From Marinifilum caeruleilacunae (GTDB taxonomy: Bacteria; Bacteroidota; Bacteroidia; Bacteroidales; Marinifilaceae): a stretch of 64,000 nucleotides of DNA. Below are positions 11,101-21,819 of this stretch, piece after piece (the stretch's first letter is position 1; the number at the start of each line of letters is the position of its first letter). The translations under genes and the position numbers were made by a program. Below the pieces are notes generated by a model. That model was not told the origin of the DNA. It did not search any database and was given only the letters and a program-made list of their open reading frames with translations. The stretch lies in the NCBI RefSeq assembly GCF_013141825.1, contig NZ_RZNH01000009.1, forward strand, positions 76,117 to 140,116, written 5' to 3'.

Positions 11101-11134
11101 GCTTACACAGTTTTGTGTAGGCTTTTTTTTGTTG
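11101..11134 (+). terminator. Rho-independent terminator after the GH97 gene
   Basis: Stem GCTTACACA / TGTGTAGGC with a 4-nt loop, followed by T8. Confidence 0.6.
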
Positions 11135-11623
11135 CTTACCGAATGTTTTTGGGTATAAGCTGCAAGCTTCAAGTCACAAGCTTCTACTACCTGCTATTAT
11201 TCATTACTAATTGATCATTACTCATTGTTAATTGTATTGTCTTCAAAAGTCGCTGTCCGGCATTCTGACAATTGTGATTTTATTCGAAGAAAGGCTTTAG
11301 TAAGACTGGGAAGCTGCAAGCTTGCTTAAGGATCACCCAGCCGCACTTAAGCATTTCAAGAATCAAATTGCAATTTTCAGTTCGCCTTGGGTTTTTTGCT
11401 TACTTTTTGGGCTTAAGCCAAAAAGTGAGAGCCCCTCCGGCTAGAGGAGAAGAATACTAAAGCTTCAAGTTGCAAGCAACAAGCTTCAAGTTATTGGCTG
11501 CCTGCTATTATTCATTACTAATTGATCATTGTTAACTGTAAATTAGTCATTCCCACGCGAGAGGACTCGCACAGTAGCGGAGCATCTCTGCCCCAGGTTT
11601 CTCATACAAAATAGATAGCATTA

Positions 11624-12754
11624 TTACTTCGATGTAAATGCAGAATTGTAACTCTTCAGATATTTCGCAAAAACTTCGAGCACCTCGGGGAAGTTTTTTC
11701 TCCCGAATCCAATTCTAATATATTTTCCTTTATAATCGAACATTTCCGCCGGAACGGTCATAATACCCGTCTCATTTACCAACTTATTGCTAAAATCAAT
11801 GGAGTTTTCCTGAATGTTTAATTGAATTAAAGCTGTTGAACCTGATTTAGGAGTGATAAAAGAAGAAAATAGATCCTGCTGATTCACGAATTCTGTAAAA
11901 TGGTTTATGTTGGTTTTAATTTTATCCTTATTGTGATCTAAGAGGCGATTGAAATTGTTTAAAGCAATGATTGATAAGATTTCTGCAGGAGCGCTGTTAC
12001 AAATGCTTAAATAGTCTTTGAAACTCATTACTTTCCTTAAAAACTCTTTGTTTTGACTGACCAGCCAGCCTGTTCGTAATCCTGCCAAACCAATAGATTT
12101 TGACGTTCCCCAAAGGCTAATTCCATTTTCATAAATGTCACAAATTGGAGGCAATACTTCAACATCATCTGCTACCAGTTTATGGTACATTTCATCAGAG
12201 AAAATGGTAATGTTGTGTTTCCTTGCTATTGATACTATTTTATCCAATTGATTTCGTGTAAGGTACGAACCTGTTGGATTGTGAGGAAAATTGATAATCA
12301 GCAAACGGGTATTTTCTTGAATTAACGACTCCAATTCACCTACATCAAATTGCCAGTTTTCAGAATTTGGTTGCCATAAGGATAGCTCACAGTTTAATGA
12401 CCTTACAATTTCATGTAAGGATTGATAAGCGGGTGCAACCGAAACCACATGATCCTTATCGGACAATAGAATGTTCATGCTCATGAAATTAAGCTCTCCT
12501 GGCGATGCAACCACAACATTTTCTATATCGTTTTGCTGATAGTGTTGCAGTATTGATTCACGCAAAAGTGGATGTCCGGCACTTTCGGTATATCCCAATT
12601 TCAGATTTTTCCATAAATCAAGTTCATGATCAGAGGCTAAATCTATAAGATACTGCATCTCAAAGCCATCACAATCAGAACTGGAGAGCAAATATTTCGC
12701 AGTAAATTCATGTTTGGCAAAGTACCTTTCCAGTTTAAAGTCATTGATTTTCAT
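11624..12754 (-). CDS. PLP-dependent aminotransferase, class I/II fold
   Basis: 376 aa. N-terminal FKLERYFAKHEF..A.YLL.SSDCDG motif typical of this aminotransferase subfamily. PLP-lysine motif SKSIGLAGLRTGW. Confidence 0.8.
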   Translation of the reverse strand: MKINDFKLERYFAKHEFTAKYLLSSSDCDGFEMQYLIDLASDHELDLWKNLKLGYTESAGHPLLRESILQHYQQNDIENVVVASPGELNFMSMNILLSDKDHVVSVAPAYQSLHEIVRSLNCELSLWQPNSENWQFDVGELESLIQENTRLLIINFPHNPTGSYLTRNQLDKIVSIARKHNITIFSDEMYHKLVADDVEVLPPICDIYENGISLWGTSKSIGLAGLRTGWLVSQNKEFLRKVMSFKDYLSICNSAPAEILSIIALNNFNRLLDHNKDKIKTNINHFTEFVNQQDLFSSFITPKSGSTALIQLNIQENSIDFSNKLVNETGIMTVPAEMFDYKGKYIRIGFGRKNFPEVLEVFAKYLKSYNSAFTSK

Positions 12755-12794
12755 TTTTTTTATTTTAGTCGATAATCGTACAGGTTTATTCGCT

Positions 12795-13643
12795 TTATGT
12801 TATGAAAATATCATAAGCATATCTTAAAATCATTAAGATAACTACAATTAAAAATATAACTCGAATAAATTTATTTCCTTGATTTAATGCCATCTTACTA
12901 CCCATTAGGCTACCCGCAATATTACAGAAGGCCATTACAATTCCTATTTGCATTAAGTAATTTCCTTGTTTTAAAAATACAAGTAGTGCGCCTACATTTG
13001 TAACGCAATTAATAATTTTCGCATAGGCCGAGGCTCTTACAAAGTCAAATCCTAATAGCACAACAAATCCAAGCAAGTAGAAACTGCCTCCTCCTGGACC
13101 AAAAAAGCCATCGTAAAATCCAACAATACCTCCAATCAATGAGCCATAAATTACCTGTTTTTTGAAACTTAATTCCTTCTTGCTACCTGTCCCCAAATCC
13201 TTTTTTAAATAGGTGTATACCAGGATTATTACAAGAACAAACAAAATAATTGGTTTTAATATTTCTGAGTTGATGATGCTTACAATCATTGCACCTAAAA
13301 AGGAAGAAACGAAGGAAAAAAATGAAACAATAATTAATAACTTGAAGTTGAAGTTCACTTTTTTCGAGAACTGATATGCGGCAACCGATGTTCCTGTAAT
13401 TGCCGCTACCTTATTCGTGCCAAAAATTGTAGCTACCGGCGTGTTGGGTAAGTTAATCAGTAAAGCTGGAATTTGAATTAATCCTCCTCCTCCTACAACA
13501 GCATCTATAAATCCAGCAGTAAAGGCCAGAACAGCTAGTGCAAAGATTGTTGTAAGAGAATAATCGGCAAATAAATCTAAACAGCACATTTTAACTTTAT
13601 TAGGTAAGATGAACAAATCAGAAAAGAACTCGAAATAATCCAA
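12795..13643 (-). CDS. TauE/SafE (TSUP) family anion-exporter membrane protein
   Basis: Polytopic membrane protein with the duplicated GGGGLIQIPALL / GPGGGSFYL motifs typical of TSUP permeases. Confidence 0.75.
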   Translation of the reverse strand: MDYFEFFSDLFILPNKVKMCCLDLFADYSLTTIFALAVLAFTAGFIDAVVGGGGLIQIPALLINLPNTPVATIFGTNKVAAITGTSVAAYQFSKKVNFNFKLLIIVSFFSFVSSFLGAMIVSIINSEILKPIILFVLVIILVYTYLKKDLGTGSKKELSFKKQVIYGSLIGGIVGFYDGFFGPGGGSFYLLGFVVLLGFDFVRASAYAKIINCVTNVGALLVFLKQGNYLMQIGIVMAFCNIAGSLMGSKMALNQGNKFIRVIFLIVVILMILRYAYDIFIT

Positions 13644-13796
13644 ATGCTAGCTCAAAATCATTTCGATTTTCCCATAAAATTGTTTGCTAAAATACATTTC
13701 GATTAAGTTTTAGGGGTATCAAAATTAAATGTTAAGACCAGGAGAAGTCTCAATAATATATATATGCCACATTATTAAACTTCTACAGGAATATAA

Positions 13797-15062
13797 TTGA
13801 ATGAATCAGCCTTAAATGGTCTTAAAAGCTTGAGTTTATTATTTCTTACAGCACTTTATTCTCTTTGGGTAAGTACACCTAAAATGTTTACCTTTAGTAA
13901 GTCTATTAAAACATTTCACCCAATGGATATCATTAGCCTGATTGCTGCTGTAAATGCGCTGTTAATTGCCATTATTATCTTTCTCAAACGTCAAAAAAGT
14001 ATTAGCGATTATCTCTTAATGATATGGGTGATCAATTTTGTTTTCCAATTTGGGATCCCATTCTTATTGGAACGAAATATTCTTCTGCACGAATCGATTT
14101 GGGGAGCAATATTGGGCGGAGTCATGGTTCTGCATGCTCCTTTTATTTTCGTTTATACCAATTCTTTAACTGATCCTGGTTTTAAAATAAATTTCAAGAA
14201 CTTATACCACTTTGGAGTTATCTTTATATTTATTGCTGCACTTGTTCCATATTTGTTATTAGATCAGGATGCAAGGTTATTGCAAGTAGAAAATCAACAA
14301 GATCTTTCCATGTACATGATGCTTCCATTGCTAACACTACTCTTGGTACAGGTTTATTTTCTGATTCGCACTATTATTGTTTTGATCAACCACCAGAACA
14401 ATATCAAAAATGCTTTTTCATATGAAAAGGAAATTAATCTTTCCTGGATCAAACGTATTGTGATTGCACTCTTTGGTATTATCATTTTGAATTTTATTGG
14501 CCTCGCACTGGTTTCGGCTCATATTATTTCGGTTTACTTGCTGGATTATGTAATGATACTGCTGAATATAGTCATCTTCTTTTACCTGGCATATTCAAGC
14601 TATAAGCAGAGAGTGATCTATAACAATGATGTAGATACAGGGCAAAAAAATATTATTCAGACTAAGTCCTCTAAAATAAAGGAGACATCAAGGCAATCCA
14701 TAAATACAGAACAGGATGAAAAGGATCCGATTATTCAAAAATTAAAGCTCCTGATGGATACAAATAAACCTTACCTTGAGCCTGAATTGAATATTGGAAA
14801 TATAGCAAACGAATTACATATTCATTCGCATCAATTGTCAAAAATCATTAATAGCAAATTGGGTGTAAACTTTTTTGAGTTTATTAATGAATACAGGGTT
14901 AATGAGTTTAAGAGTTTGGCTGCCAATCCAAAAAACAAACACATTTCAATCTTAGGTCTGGCTATGGACGCTGGTTTTAATTCAAAAGCCACCTTTAATA
15001 GAATCTTCAAAAAAACTACAGGCTTAACACCATCAGAATTCAGGGAGAATTATAAGTTTTAA
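13797..15062 (+). CDS. Membrane-anchored AraC-family transcriptional regulator (multi-TM N-domain plus C-terminal AraC HTH)
   Basis: About 6-7 hydrophobic helices in the first 260 aa. C-terminal HTH: LHIHSHQLSKIINSKLGVNFFEFINEYRVNEF ... FNSKATFNRIFKKTTGLTPSEFR. Confidence 0.7.
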   Translation: MNESALNGLKSLSLLFLTALYSLWVSTPKMFTFSKSIKTFHPMDIISLIAAVNALLIAIIIFLKRQKSISDYLLMIWVINFVFQFGIPFLLERNILLHESIWGAILGGVMVLHAPFIFVYTNSLTDPGFKINFKNLYHFGVIFIFIAALVPYLLLDQDARLLQVENQQDLSMYMMLPLLTLLLVQVYFLIRTIIVLINHQNNIKNAFSYEKEINLSWIKRIVIALFGIIILNFIGLALVSAHIISVYLLDYVMILLNIVIFFYLAYSSYKQRVIYNNDVDTGQKNIIQTKSSKIKETSRQSINTEQDEKDPIIQKLKLLMDTNKPYLEPELNIGNIANELHIHSHQLSKIINSKLGVNFFEFINEYRVNEFKSLAANPKNKHISILGLAMDAGFNSKATFNRIFKKTTGLTPSEFRENYKF

Positions 15063-15333
15063 GAATACGATATTACCATTTATGCAGTTCCTATCGTGAA
15101 TTGTTCGACTCATAACTGCTCGCTATATTCTTAAAATGAATTCAAAAAGTTTTAAATAAGCTGTGGCAATTCATATTCAAGTGTAATCAGTACTCTTTTT
15201 TTTAATATTATTGATAATGTGGGTGTTATGAATATTTGAGACATCTTCTTGTCTCATCTTCATATAATGAGACGATCGACAAGCTATTCAACCATACCTT
15301 TGGTTTGGAAACTTTAAATAGAATTCAGACCCG

Positions 15334-16041
15334 ATGAAAGTACAAGAGCTAAAATTGTATGGTAAAGCTTTAGAAATGCCCAGGAAAGCGTTGAGAAAAC
15401 AAAAGAAAGTCATCTTTCATTTGTTGAGGAAAGAATTTGGTTTGATTGGCGTTTTCAGCATTGCTTTAAGTGTAAAAAAACACTCCAGGAGAATCGAATT
15501 CGAATATCCCGAAGTAATGGTTAAAGCAAATGAAATTAGTGCTGTAATCGCTAAGGAATTGATCTTTTTAGGTGCACTGTTTTATGCTTTAGCTGATAAA
15601 AGAGGAAGGCTGTTTGCAAAGAAATTTATGACATCCATGATTCAAAAAATGGCAATGGTATCAATGCCTTGTTTGTATGAATTAAACGATCTGGTAAAAT
15701 GTGAAGGTGATGTGTTTGACAATTTCAAGAAGTATAATCGTGCCATGTTTACAGAGATAGACAGAGTAGGAAGCTGGAAGAACAGTGGTTTTAATGAAAC
15801 AGATGATTTGTTAGAGTTTAAAGTGATATCATGTTTAAATATAGAACTCTTTGAAGGCATAGAATGCCCTGAATTGAATACACTTGGCTGCGAGCACGAT
15901 TTGGCTGGCTACCCTTTAATTGAACAAGCTGTGCAATGTGAATTTAGAAGGTCCTGTACCCTTGCGAAAGGAGGGGAATACTGTCATTTTCAATTTTACA
16001 GAAAGGGCACTGCTCCAAAAACTACTTACTTAAATCAATAA
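15334..16041 (+). CDS. Hypothetical protein with Cys/His-rich C-terminal region
   Basis: 235-aa ORF with coding-like composition. C-terminal CxxE...CEHD...C motif cluster. No confident family assignment. Confidence 0.4.
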   Translation: MKVQELKLYGKALEMPRKALRKQKKVIFHLLRKEFGLIGVFSIALSVKKHSRRIEFEYPEVMVKANEISAVIAKELIFLGALFYALADKRGRLFAKKFMTSMIQKMAMVSMPCLYELNDLVKCEGDVFDNFKKYNRAMFTEIDRVGSWKNSGFNETDDLLEFKVISCLNIELFEGIECPELNTLGCEHDLAGYPLIEQAVQCEFRRSCTLAKGGEYCHFQFYRKGTAPKTTYLNQ

Positions 16042-16116
16042 AGCGCGATGCTTTAGGATTCTGTATGAAGCATTGCATAGCTAATTTTATTAAAGCTTGA
16101 ATGAAATATTAATGTT

Positions 16117-16857
16117 ATGGTATTTAAAATCGTTAAGGATACAGAATTAGCACTCAAAATACATCAGAAGTTATTGGGTGAGGAAAGTTGGCCTGAGTTC
16201 ATGCAGAACGATAGTATTGTAGAGAAGTACTGGTCTTCCTTATATGAAAATTTTTCAGATTATCAGTTTGCATTATTCGATGGAGAAAAAATTGTTGGCA
16301 TAGGAAATATGATACCATTACAATGGATAAATTCTCTTAATAATCTGCCAGATAATGGTTTGGATTGGGCAATGGAGAAAGCAAATGTTGATTTTGATGA
16401 AAAAAAGGACGTAAATTTACTTGTAGCTGTTCAAATTTTAATCAACAAAGAATACAGAGGTAAAGGGATAAGTTCCGAAATGATTCAGGCAATGATGGAT
16501 ATTGGGAAGCAAAATAATATCGAAAATATAGCCTTGCCAATTCGACCCACTTTAAAATATAAATATCCTCTAATGTCAATGGATAAGTATATCAGATGGA
16601 AAAGAGAAGATGGGAAAGCTTTTGATCCATGGTTAAGAGTTCATCTGGAATTGGGAGGAAGCATAGTTGGAGTCTGTAATAAATCAATGGAAATAAGAGG
16701 TACTATAAAAGATTGGGAGAATTGGTCCGGGTTGCATTTTAAGAATTCTGGAAATTATATAGTCAATCAGGCCTTAAGCCCGGTTTACATGTGCTTAGAA
16801 AGAAATGTGGGGGTATATATCGAACCCAATGTTTGGTTAATTCATCATTTAATTTAG
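16117..16857 (+). CDS. GNAT-family N-acetyltransferase (probable)
   Basis: Acetyl-CoA motif A-like YRGKGIS followed by a hydrophobic helix (SEMIQAMMDIG). Confidence 0.55.
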   Translation: MVFKIVKDTELALKIHQKLLGEESWPEFMQNDSIVEKYWSSLYENFSDYQFALFDGEKIVGIGNMIPLQWINSLNNLPDNGLDWAMEKANVDFDEKKDVNLLVAVQILINKEYRGKGISSEMIQAMMDIGKQNNIENIALPIRPTLKYKYPLMSMDKYIRWKREDGKAFDPWLRVHLELGGSIVGVCNKSMEIRGTIKDWENWSGLHFKNSGNYIVNQALSPVYMCLERNVGVYIEPNVWLIHHLI

Positions 16858-17145
16858 AGTTTTTATTCAATGAAAAATGCAATGAGTCCCATCCAGTTAT
16901 ATAGTATTGCGTTTGGGTGTCCAAAAGTGAATTTGAGCTTTGGAAATGGTAGTCGTGAAAGAGAATGTCCATTATCCATAATTGATAAATATTCAGTGGT
17001 TGAAAAGGTAAAGTGGATAGAGGAATTGAATGAACTTGAGATCAGGAGAATTTTAACTTATCACTCTAGCTGTTTTGATATTAAAAAATCATATTAAATA
17101 TATATTATACAAGCAATTCATCAGTTAATAAAATTCATCAACATC

Positions 17146-18609
17146 ATGAAAAAATATATCATAATTCTTAACCTGTTTTTATGGGCAGTTCATTTCAATG
17201 GCAATGCTCAAAATCAGGTTTTTACTGAGGAATTAAAGAAGAATGTTAAGCAACGTGTGGAAAAGGGAATTAATACTGGTATTGTTATTGGTGTGGTTAC
17301 TGCCAATGGCACAAGTTTTTACAGTTGTGGTGTTAAGTCTTTGGAAACAAAAGAACCTGTTGATGAATATTCAATTTTTGAGATTGGTTCCATTACAAAA
17401 ACATTCACAGGCATATTGCTGGCCAATGAAGTGATCAAAGGTGAACTAAGTTTGAACACTCCACTTCAAAATTTGTTGCCCGAGGGTATTAAGGCCCCAT
17501 GCAGAAATGGCAATTCTATAAAGTTATTTCACTTGGCCAACCATTCATCATCTTTACCACGCACCCCCAATAATTTCGCGATAACTGAGCCTGAAAATAA
17601 GTATGCAAACCTTACTGTACAACAAATTTATGAGTTTATAAATACTTATGAATTGTCATACGATATTGGAACCAAATTTAATTATTCTAACCTGGGAATG
17701 GGTTTGTTAGGTAATGTATTAGCTGATAAAAACAACACTTCTTACGAGGAGCTAATGCTTGAAAATATTGCAAACCCATTAGGGATGGATAACACCAGAA
17801 TTAGCCTTACGCCTGAAATGCGAAAGAATTTGGCCAAGGGACATCGAATTGGTGTTGAGGTAAAGAATTGGGATTTACCAGGAATGGCTGGAGCCGGTGC
17901 AATTAGATCCACCGCTGTTGATATGTTAAAATATTTGGCTGCAAATATGGGCATAGTTAAAAGCAAACTTTATCCTGCTATGCAATTATCGCATAAATAT
18001 TCAGGCAGTTCAATTGGTGATATGACTCTTGGTTTAGGCTGGGTGACAATGACCGTTGAAGGAAAAGAAATTCTATGGCACAATGGCGGAACCGGGGGAT
18101 ACATGTCTTTCATGGGATTTACCAAAGATGGAGAACGAGGTGTTGTGGTTTTATCTAATTCTGCTTTTATGCCAGATGATATTGGAATCCATTTGTTAAG
18201 CCCTAAAGCGAAATTAAGAAATCCAAAACCTTCCATTGCTAATGAACTAAACAAACTGATCGAAAATGAGGGAATTGACTCAGCAATAAGAGTTTATACC
18301 GAATTAAAGAAAAATAATGCTTACGATTATAATTTTTCAAGAGAGGAACTGAACAAACTTGGGTATCGTTACCTGTTAAAAGGAAAAATGAGAGAAGCAT
18401 TGGCAATTTTTAAAATCAATTTAGAGGCTAACCCTAAGGATTGGAATGTTTACGATAGCTATGCAGAAGCATTGCTTAAGAACAATGAAAAAGACAAAGC
18501 CGTTTATTATTATAAAAAATCGGTTGAGCTTAATCCTCAGAATACAAATGGTCTTGAAGAATTAAGGAAACTTGGTGTTAAGATTGAACAAAAAGAGAAA
18601 CAGGATTAG
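17146..18609 (+). CDS. Serine hydrolase, class C beta-lactamase/esterase family, with C-terminal TPR repeats
   Basis: Signal peptide. Catalytic SxxK (SITK), YxN (YSN) and a degenerate third motif (HNGGTGG). C-terminal TPR-like helices (AIFKINLEANPKDWNVYDSYAEALLKNNEKDKAVYYYKKSVELNP). Confidence 0.8.
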   Translation: MKKYIIILNLFLWAVHFNGNAQNQVFTEELKKNVKQRVEKGINTGIVIGVVTANGTSFYSCGVKSLETKEPVDEYSIFEIGSITKTFTGILLANEVIKGELSLNTPLQNLLPEGIKAPCRNGNSIKLFHLANHSSSLPRTPNNFAITEPENKYANLTVQQIYEFINTYELSYDIGTKFNYSNLGMGLLGNVLADKNNTSYEELMLENIANPLGMDNTRISLTPEMRKNLAKGHRIGVEVKNWDLPGMAGAGAIRSTAVDMLKYLAANMGIVKSKLYPAMQLSHKYSGSSIGDMTLGLGWVTMTVEGKEILWHNGGTGGYMSFMGFTKDGERGVVVLSNSAFMPDDIGIHLLSPKAKLRNPKPSIANELNKLIENEGIDSAIRVYTELKKNNAYDYNFSREELNKLGYRYLLKGKMREALAIFKINLEANPKDWNVYDSYAEALLKNNEKDKAVYYYKKSVELNPQNTNGLEELRKLGVKIEQKEKQD

Positions 18610-18668
18610 TAAGTGTAGTGCGTTGAATATTTGCATCTTGAAATAAGATTAAATAAAGCCAATCGAAT

Positions 18669-19604
18669 ATGTCATTTGAAAAAATCTATCATCAGTCAGA
18701 ATTGATTGTTACGGAAGCTGCATTGGTTGAGCGACTAAAATCAGAATTTAATATTAGAATGGATGCGATGATCAATCATGCTGGTTTAATTTACACGAAT
18801 CCAAAAGTTTTAGAAGTCTTTTATAAACAATACATCAATGTTGGGCAAGCCTTCGACCTTCCCATAATGATGATGACACCTACACGAAAGGTGAATGCAG
18901 AAACGATAACATTGTCATCCTGCTTTGATAAAGATGTGACAGGAGATGCGTGTAAATTTTTAAATGACATTAAGGCAGGGTACGGCGATTATTCAGAAAA
19001 AATTTTGATTGGAGCTTTGCTTGGATGCAGAGGAGATGCTTATTGCGGAGATAAGCTTCTCTCAAAAGAAGAAGCCTACTTATTTCATCGCCAGCAAACC
19101 ATGCAGTTATCAAGTCAGGAGGTTGATTACCTGTTTGCAGGAATAATGCCCGAGCTGAATGAAGCCCTTGGCATGGCAAAAGCAATGTCGGAGACGAATC
19201 TTCCTTATATTATCAGTTTTATGCTGAGAAAGGATGGTTGTTTAATGGATGGAACTGTATTATCGGAAGCCATAAAGATGATTGACAATGAGGTTTACCC
19301 AAAGCCAATCTGTTATATGGCAAATTGCATTCATCCTACAAATCTGCATGAAGCATTAAAGCATCCCTTAAACAAGAATAGTGAACAACTAGCTAGGTTT
19401 AAAGGCATTCAATCCAATGCTTCTGTATTAAGTCCGGAAGAATTAAACAATTCCAACCTCTTGCATCAGAACGATTTTAATGAGATGATTGACGAGATGG
19501 TAGTGCTAAAGAAGCAATACGGATTTAAAATATTAGGAGGTTGTTGCGGAACCGATGAACGGTTTTTAAAATCCTTATGCCTAAAGCTTAGCCAGGATGT
19601 ATGA
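18669..19604 (+). CDS. Homocysteine S-methyltransferase-family (zinc-dependent methyltransferase) protein
   Basis: Pfam S-methyl_trans-like features: the GALLGCRGDAY region and the C-terminal zinc-ligand motif GGCCGT. Confidence 0.75.
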   Translation: MSFEKIYHQSELIVTEAALVERLKSEFNIRMDAMINHAGLIYTNPKVLEVFYKQYINVGQAFDLPIMMMTPTRKVNAETITLSSCFDKDVTGDACKFLNDIKAGYGDYSEKILIGALLGCRGDAYCGDKLLSKEEAYLFHRQQTMQLSSQEVDYLFAGIMPELNEALGMAKAMSETNLPYIISFMLRKDGCLMDGTVLSEAIKMIDNEVYPKPICYMANCIHPTNLHEALKHPLNKNSEQLARFKGIQSNASVLSPEELNNSNLLHQNDFNEMIDEMVVLKKQYGFKILGGCCGTDERFLKSLCLKLSQDV

Positions 19605-19692
19605 TAAGAATGTGGAACAGAAAAGTAATTTCTTCCTAACTTGTATCAAGATGACACGATTATTGAATTTCAACCCAAAAAAACACCTAAGC

Positions 19693-20583
19693 ATGAAACA
19701 AATACTATTAGCCCTTCAAATTGTTACGGTTTTTATACTATCGTCTTGTAATACAGCTGAAAATCTTGATGCTGTATCGTCTAATTATAGCACAATGGAC
19801 AGTATTCAAGTGCATTACAAAGTACATGGAGATGGCGAAAATACCCTGGTATTTGTGCATGGCTGGGGCTGCGATTTAAAAGTTTGGGACAATCAGTTTG
19901 ATTATTTTAAGGATAATTATCGCCTTGTTTTTATTGACTTACCCGGTTTTGGGCAAAGTGATAAACCGCAAATTGAATATACCCTTGATATGTTTGCCAA
20001 ATCGGTGAAAACGGTAATTGATGAACTCAACATTAACAGAACAACCCTCATAGGCCATAGTTTGGGATTTCCTGTTTGCAGGCAAGTTGGAAGACAATAT
20101 CCCGATATTAACATTAATATTTGCAATGTAGATGGTGTGTATTTGCGTTTTCCGAAGGATAGTCTTGCATATGTGAATTACAAGCATGAAATGAGCGGAT
20201 TCGTGAATCTATTTCAAGGCAAAAACTACAACCAGAATGTGAAAGCTTTTGTGGATCAATTTATCAAGGTGAATACCCCTGAACAGGCAAAAGAATATAT
20301 CTTGTCGACCATGACCCAAACGCCCCAATATGTTGGTTCTTCCACGATGACAAATCTTTTTCTTGAAAAATACTGGACAGAAGACATTACTACAATTCCA
20401 ACATTCTCGGTTTATGCGCAGAATGAAGAACTTGCAGAAGACCATGTCGAATACCTGAAATTTTTGTTCCCAAATACGAGCTATTATGAGATGGATAGCG
20501 TAGGACATTTTTTAATGATGGAGAAGCCTCTTAAATTTAACAGGATGCTGGAAGAATTTATTCTGGATAATGAAATTGATTAA
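19693..20583 (+). CDS. Alpha/beta-fold hydrolase (lipoprotein)
   Basis: The ORF track starts at 19597. An internal ATG at 19693 gives a classic lipoprotein signal (MKQILLALQIVTVFILSSC). It has the HGWG oxyanion motif and the nucleophile elbow GHSLG. Confidence 0.75.
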   Translation: MKQILLALQIVTVFILSSCNTAENLDAVSSNYSTMDSIQVHYKVHGDGENTLVFVHGWGCDLKVWDNQFDYFKDNYRLVFIDLPGFGQSDKPQIEYTLDMFAKSVKTVIDELNINRTTLIGHSLGFPVCRQVGRQYPDININICNVDGVYLRFPKDSLAYVNYKHEMSGFVNLFQGKNYNQNVKAFVDQFIKVNTPEQAKEYILSTMTQTPQYVGSSTMTNLFLEKYWTEDITTIPTFSVYAQNEELAEDHVEYLKFLFPNTSYYEMDSVGHFLMMEKPLKFNRMLEEFILDNEID

Positions 20584-20625
20584 ATGAATCAACCAAATTT
20601 TATAACCAATCAAAACAGTCTTTTC

Positions 20626-21708
20626 ATGAAATCAGTAATTTTAAGTTTACTTGTATTAATATGTTTCTTGAATGCCTTTAGTCAACAAGATCAATATAAG
20701 GCGACACAGGCAGAAATAGACCGAATGCATCAAGAACTTAAAGCCGATACAATGTTGGCAAAGTTTATTTCCTGGCATGGCGATGCAGAAAGCATGTATC
20801 ATGCTTACAAAAAGAATTTGCACCTGGCTGATTCGATTTGGAAAGCCGACCAGGCCAGTTTAAGTGTAATGGATATTGGTGAAACTGAAAAATTAGAAAT
20901 CATTCCTTTGATAGATTGGTTTACTGCTTCAGATAGCTTACAAGGGGAAAATGGTCTTGCCTATTTAATAAAAACTGACGATACGACCATTCTTTTTGAT
21001 TTGGGACTGAATCCCAAGACCAAACATCCTTCGCCACTCTTGCACAATATGGAAAAATTGGGCGTATCGATCAATGAGATTGATATGATGGTCATCTCCC
21101 ACAATCACCCCGACCATGTTGGTGGTCCGAAATGGAGCATGGAAAACACCTTTTCATTAAGCAACTATCAAATGGAATTGCAAAACATGCCGGTGTATGT
21201 TCCTAAGCCAATGACTTATCCCGGATTGCATCCACAATACATACCTAAACCAACAAAAATAGCCAAAGGAGTGGCAACAATAGGAATCATCCACAAACCA
21301 ATCTTTTTGAACGATATCGCCGAACAAGCTTTGGCTGTAAATGTAAAAGGGAAAGGCATTGTTCTGATTTCCGGTTGTGGGCATCAATCCATAGAGAAAA
21401 TAGTGCAACGTACCGATCTCCTTTTTGAAGAACCATTGTATGGCATGCTTGGAGGTTTTCATTTTCCGATGGAAGAAAAGCGAAATATCACATGGATTTA
21501 CAAATACTTCGTTGTAGATAAAATGCCATGGGAACGATTATCCGATCAGGATGTTCAATACAATATAGAACTCTTAAAGAATAAGGGTGTGAAATGCATT
21601 GGATTTTCGGGTCATGACAGTTGTGACAGAAGTTTGAAACTATTTGAATTGGCTTTTGGCAAAGGTTTTAGGAAAATGACTGTTGGCCAGAGTATTGTTT
21701 TAAAGTAG
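20626..21708 (+). CDS. MBL-fold metallo-hydrolase
   Basis: HNHPDHVGG (HxHxDH) metal-binding motif. The probable start is the ATG at 20626 (signal peptide MKSVILSLLVLICFLNAFSQ) rather than the track start at 20584. Confidence 0.8.
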   Translation: MKSVILSLLVLICFLNAFSQQDQYKATQAEIDRMHQELKADTMLAKFISWHGDAESMYHAYKKNLHLADSIWKADQASLSVMDIGETEKLEIIPLIDWFTASDSLQGENGLAYLIKTDDTTILFDLGLNPKTKHPSPLLHNMEKLGVSINEIDMMVISHNHPDHVGGPKWSMENTFSLSNYQMELQNMPVYVPKPMTYPGLHPQYIPKPTKIAKGVATIGIIHKPIFLNDIAEQALAVNVKGKGIVLISGCGHQSIEKIVQRTDLLFEEPLYGMLGGFHFPMEEKRNITWIYKYFVVDKMPWERLSDQDVQYNIELLKNKGVKCIGFSGHDSCDRSLKLFELAFGKGFRKMTVGQSIVLK

Positions 21709-21819
21709 GTGAATATCATTAAATTGACAAACAAAACAGCCAGCGATTATGACCTGCTAAATAAATTTGATGATATGGTCTTGCGAATTTTGAATGGTAA
21801 AACTGAATAGCTTATACAG

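Noticed and set aside
11150-11550. CRISPR array
   Set aside because: Only two imperfect direct repeats with a ~300-nt spacer. There is no regular repeat-spacer periodicity and no cas genes.
16870-17097. 75-aa ORF between the GNAT and beta-lactamase-like genes
   Set aside because: Short, with no motifs and an AT-rich spacer-like composition. Insufficient support.
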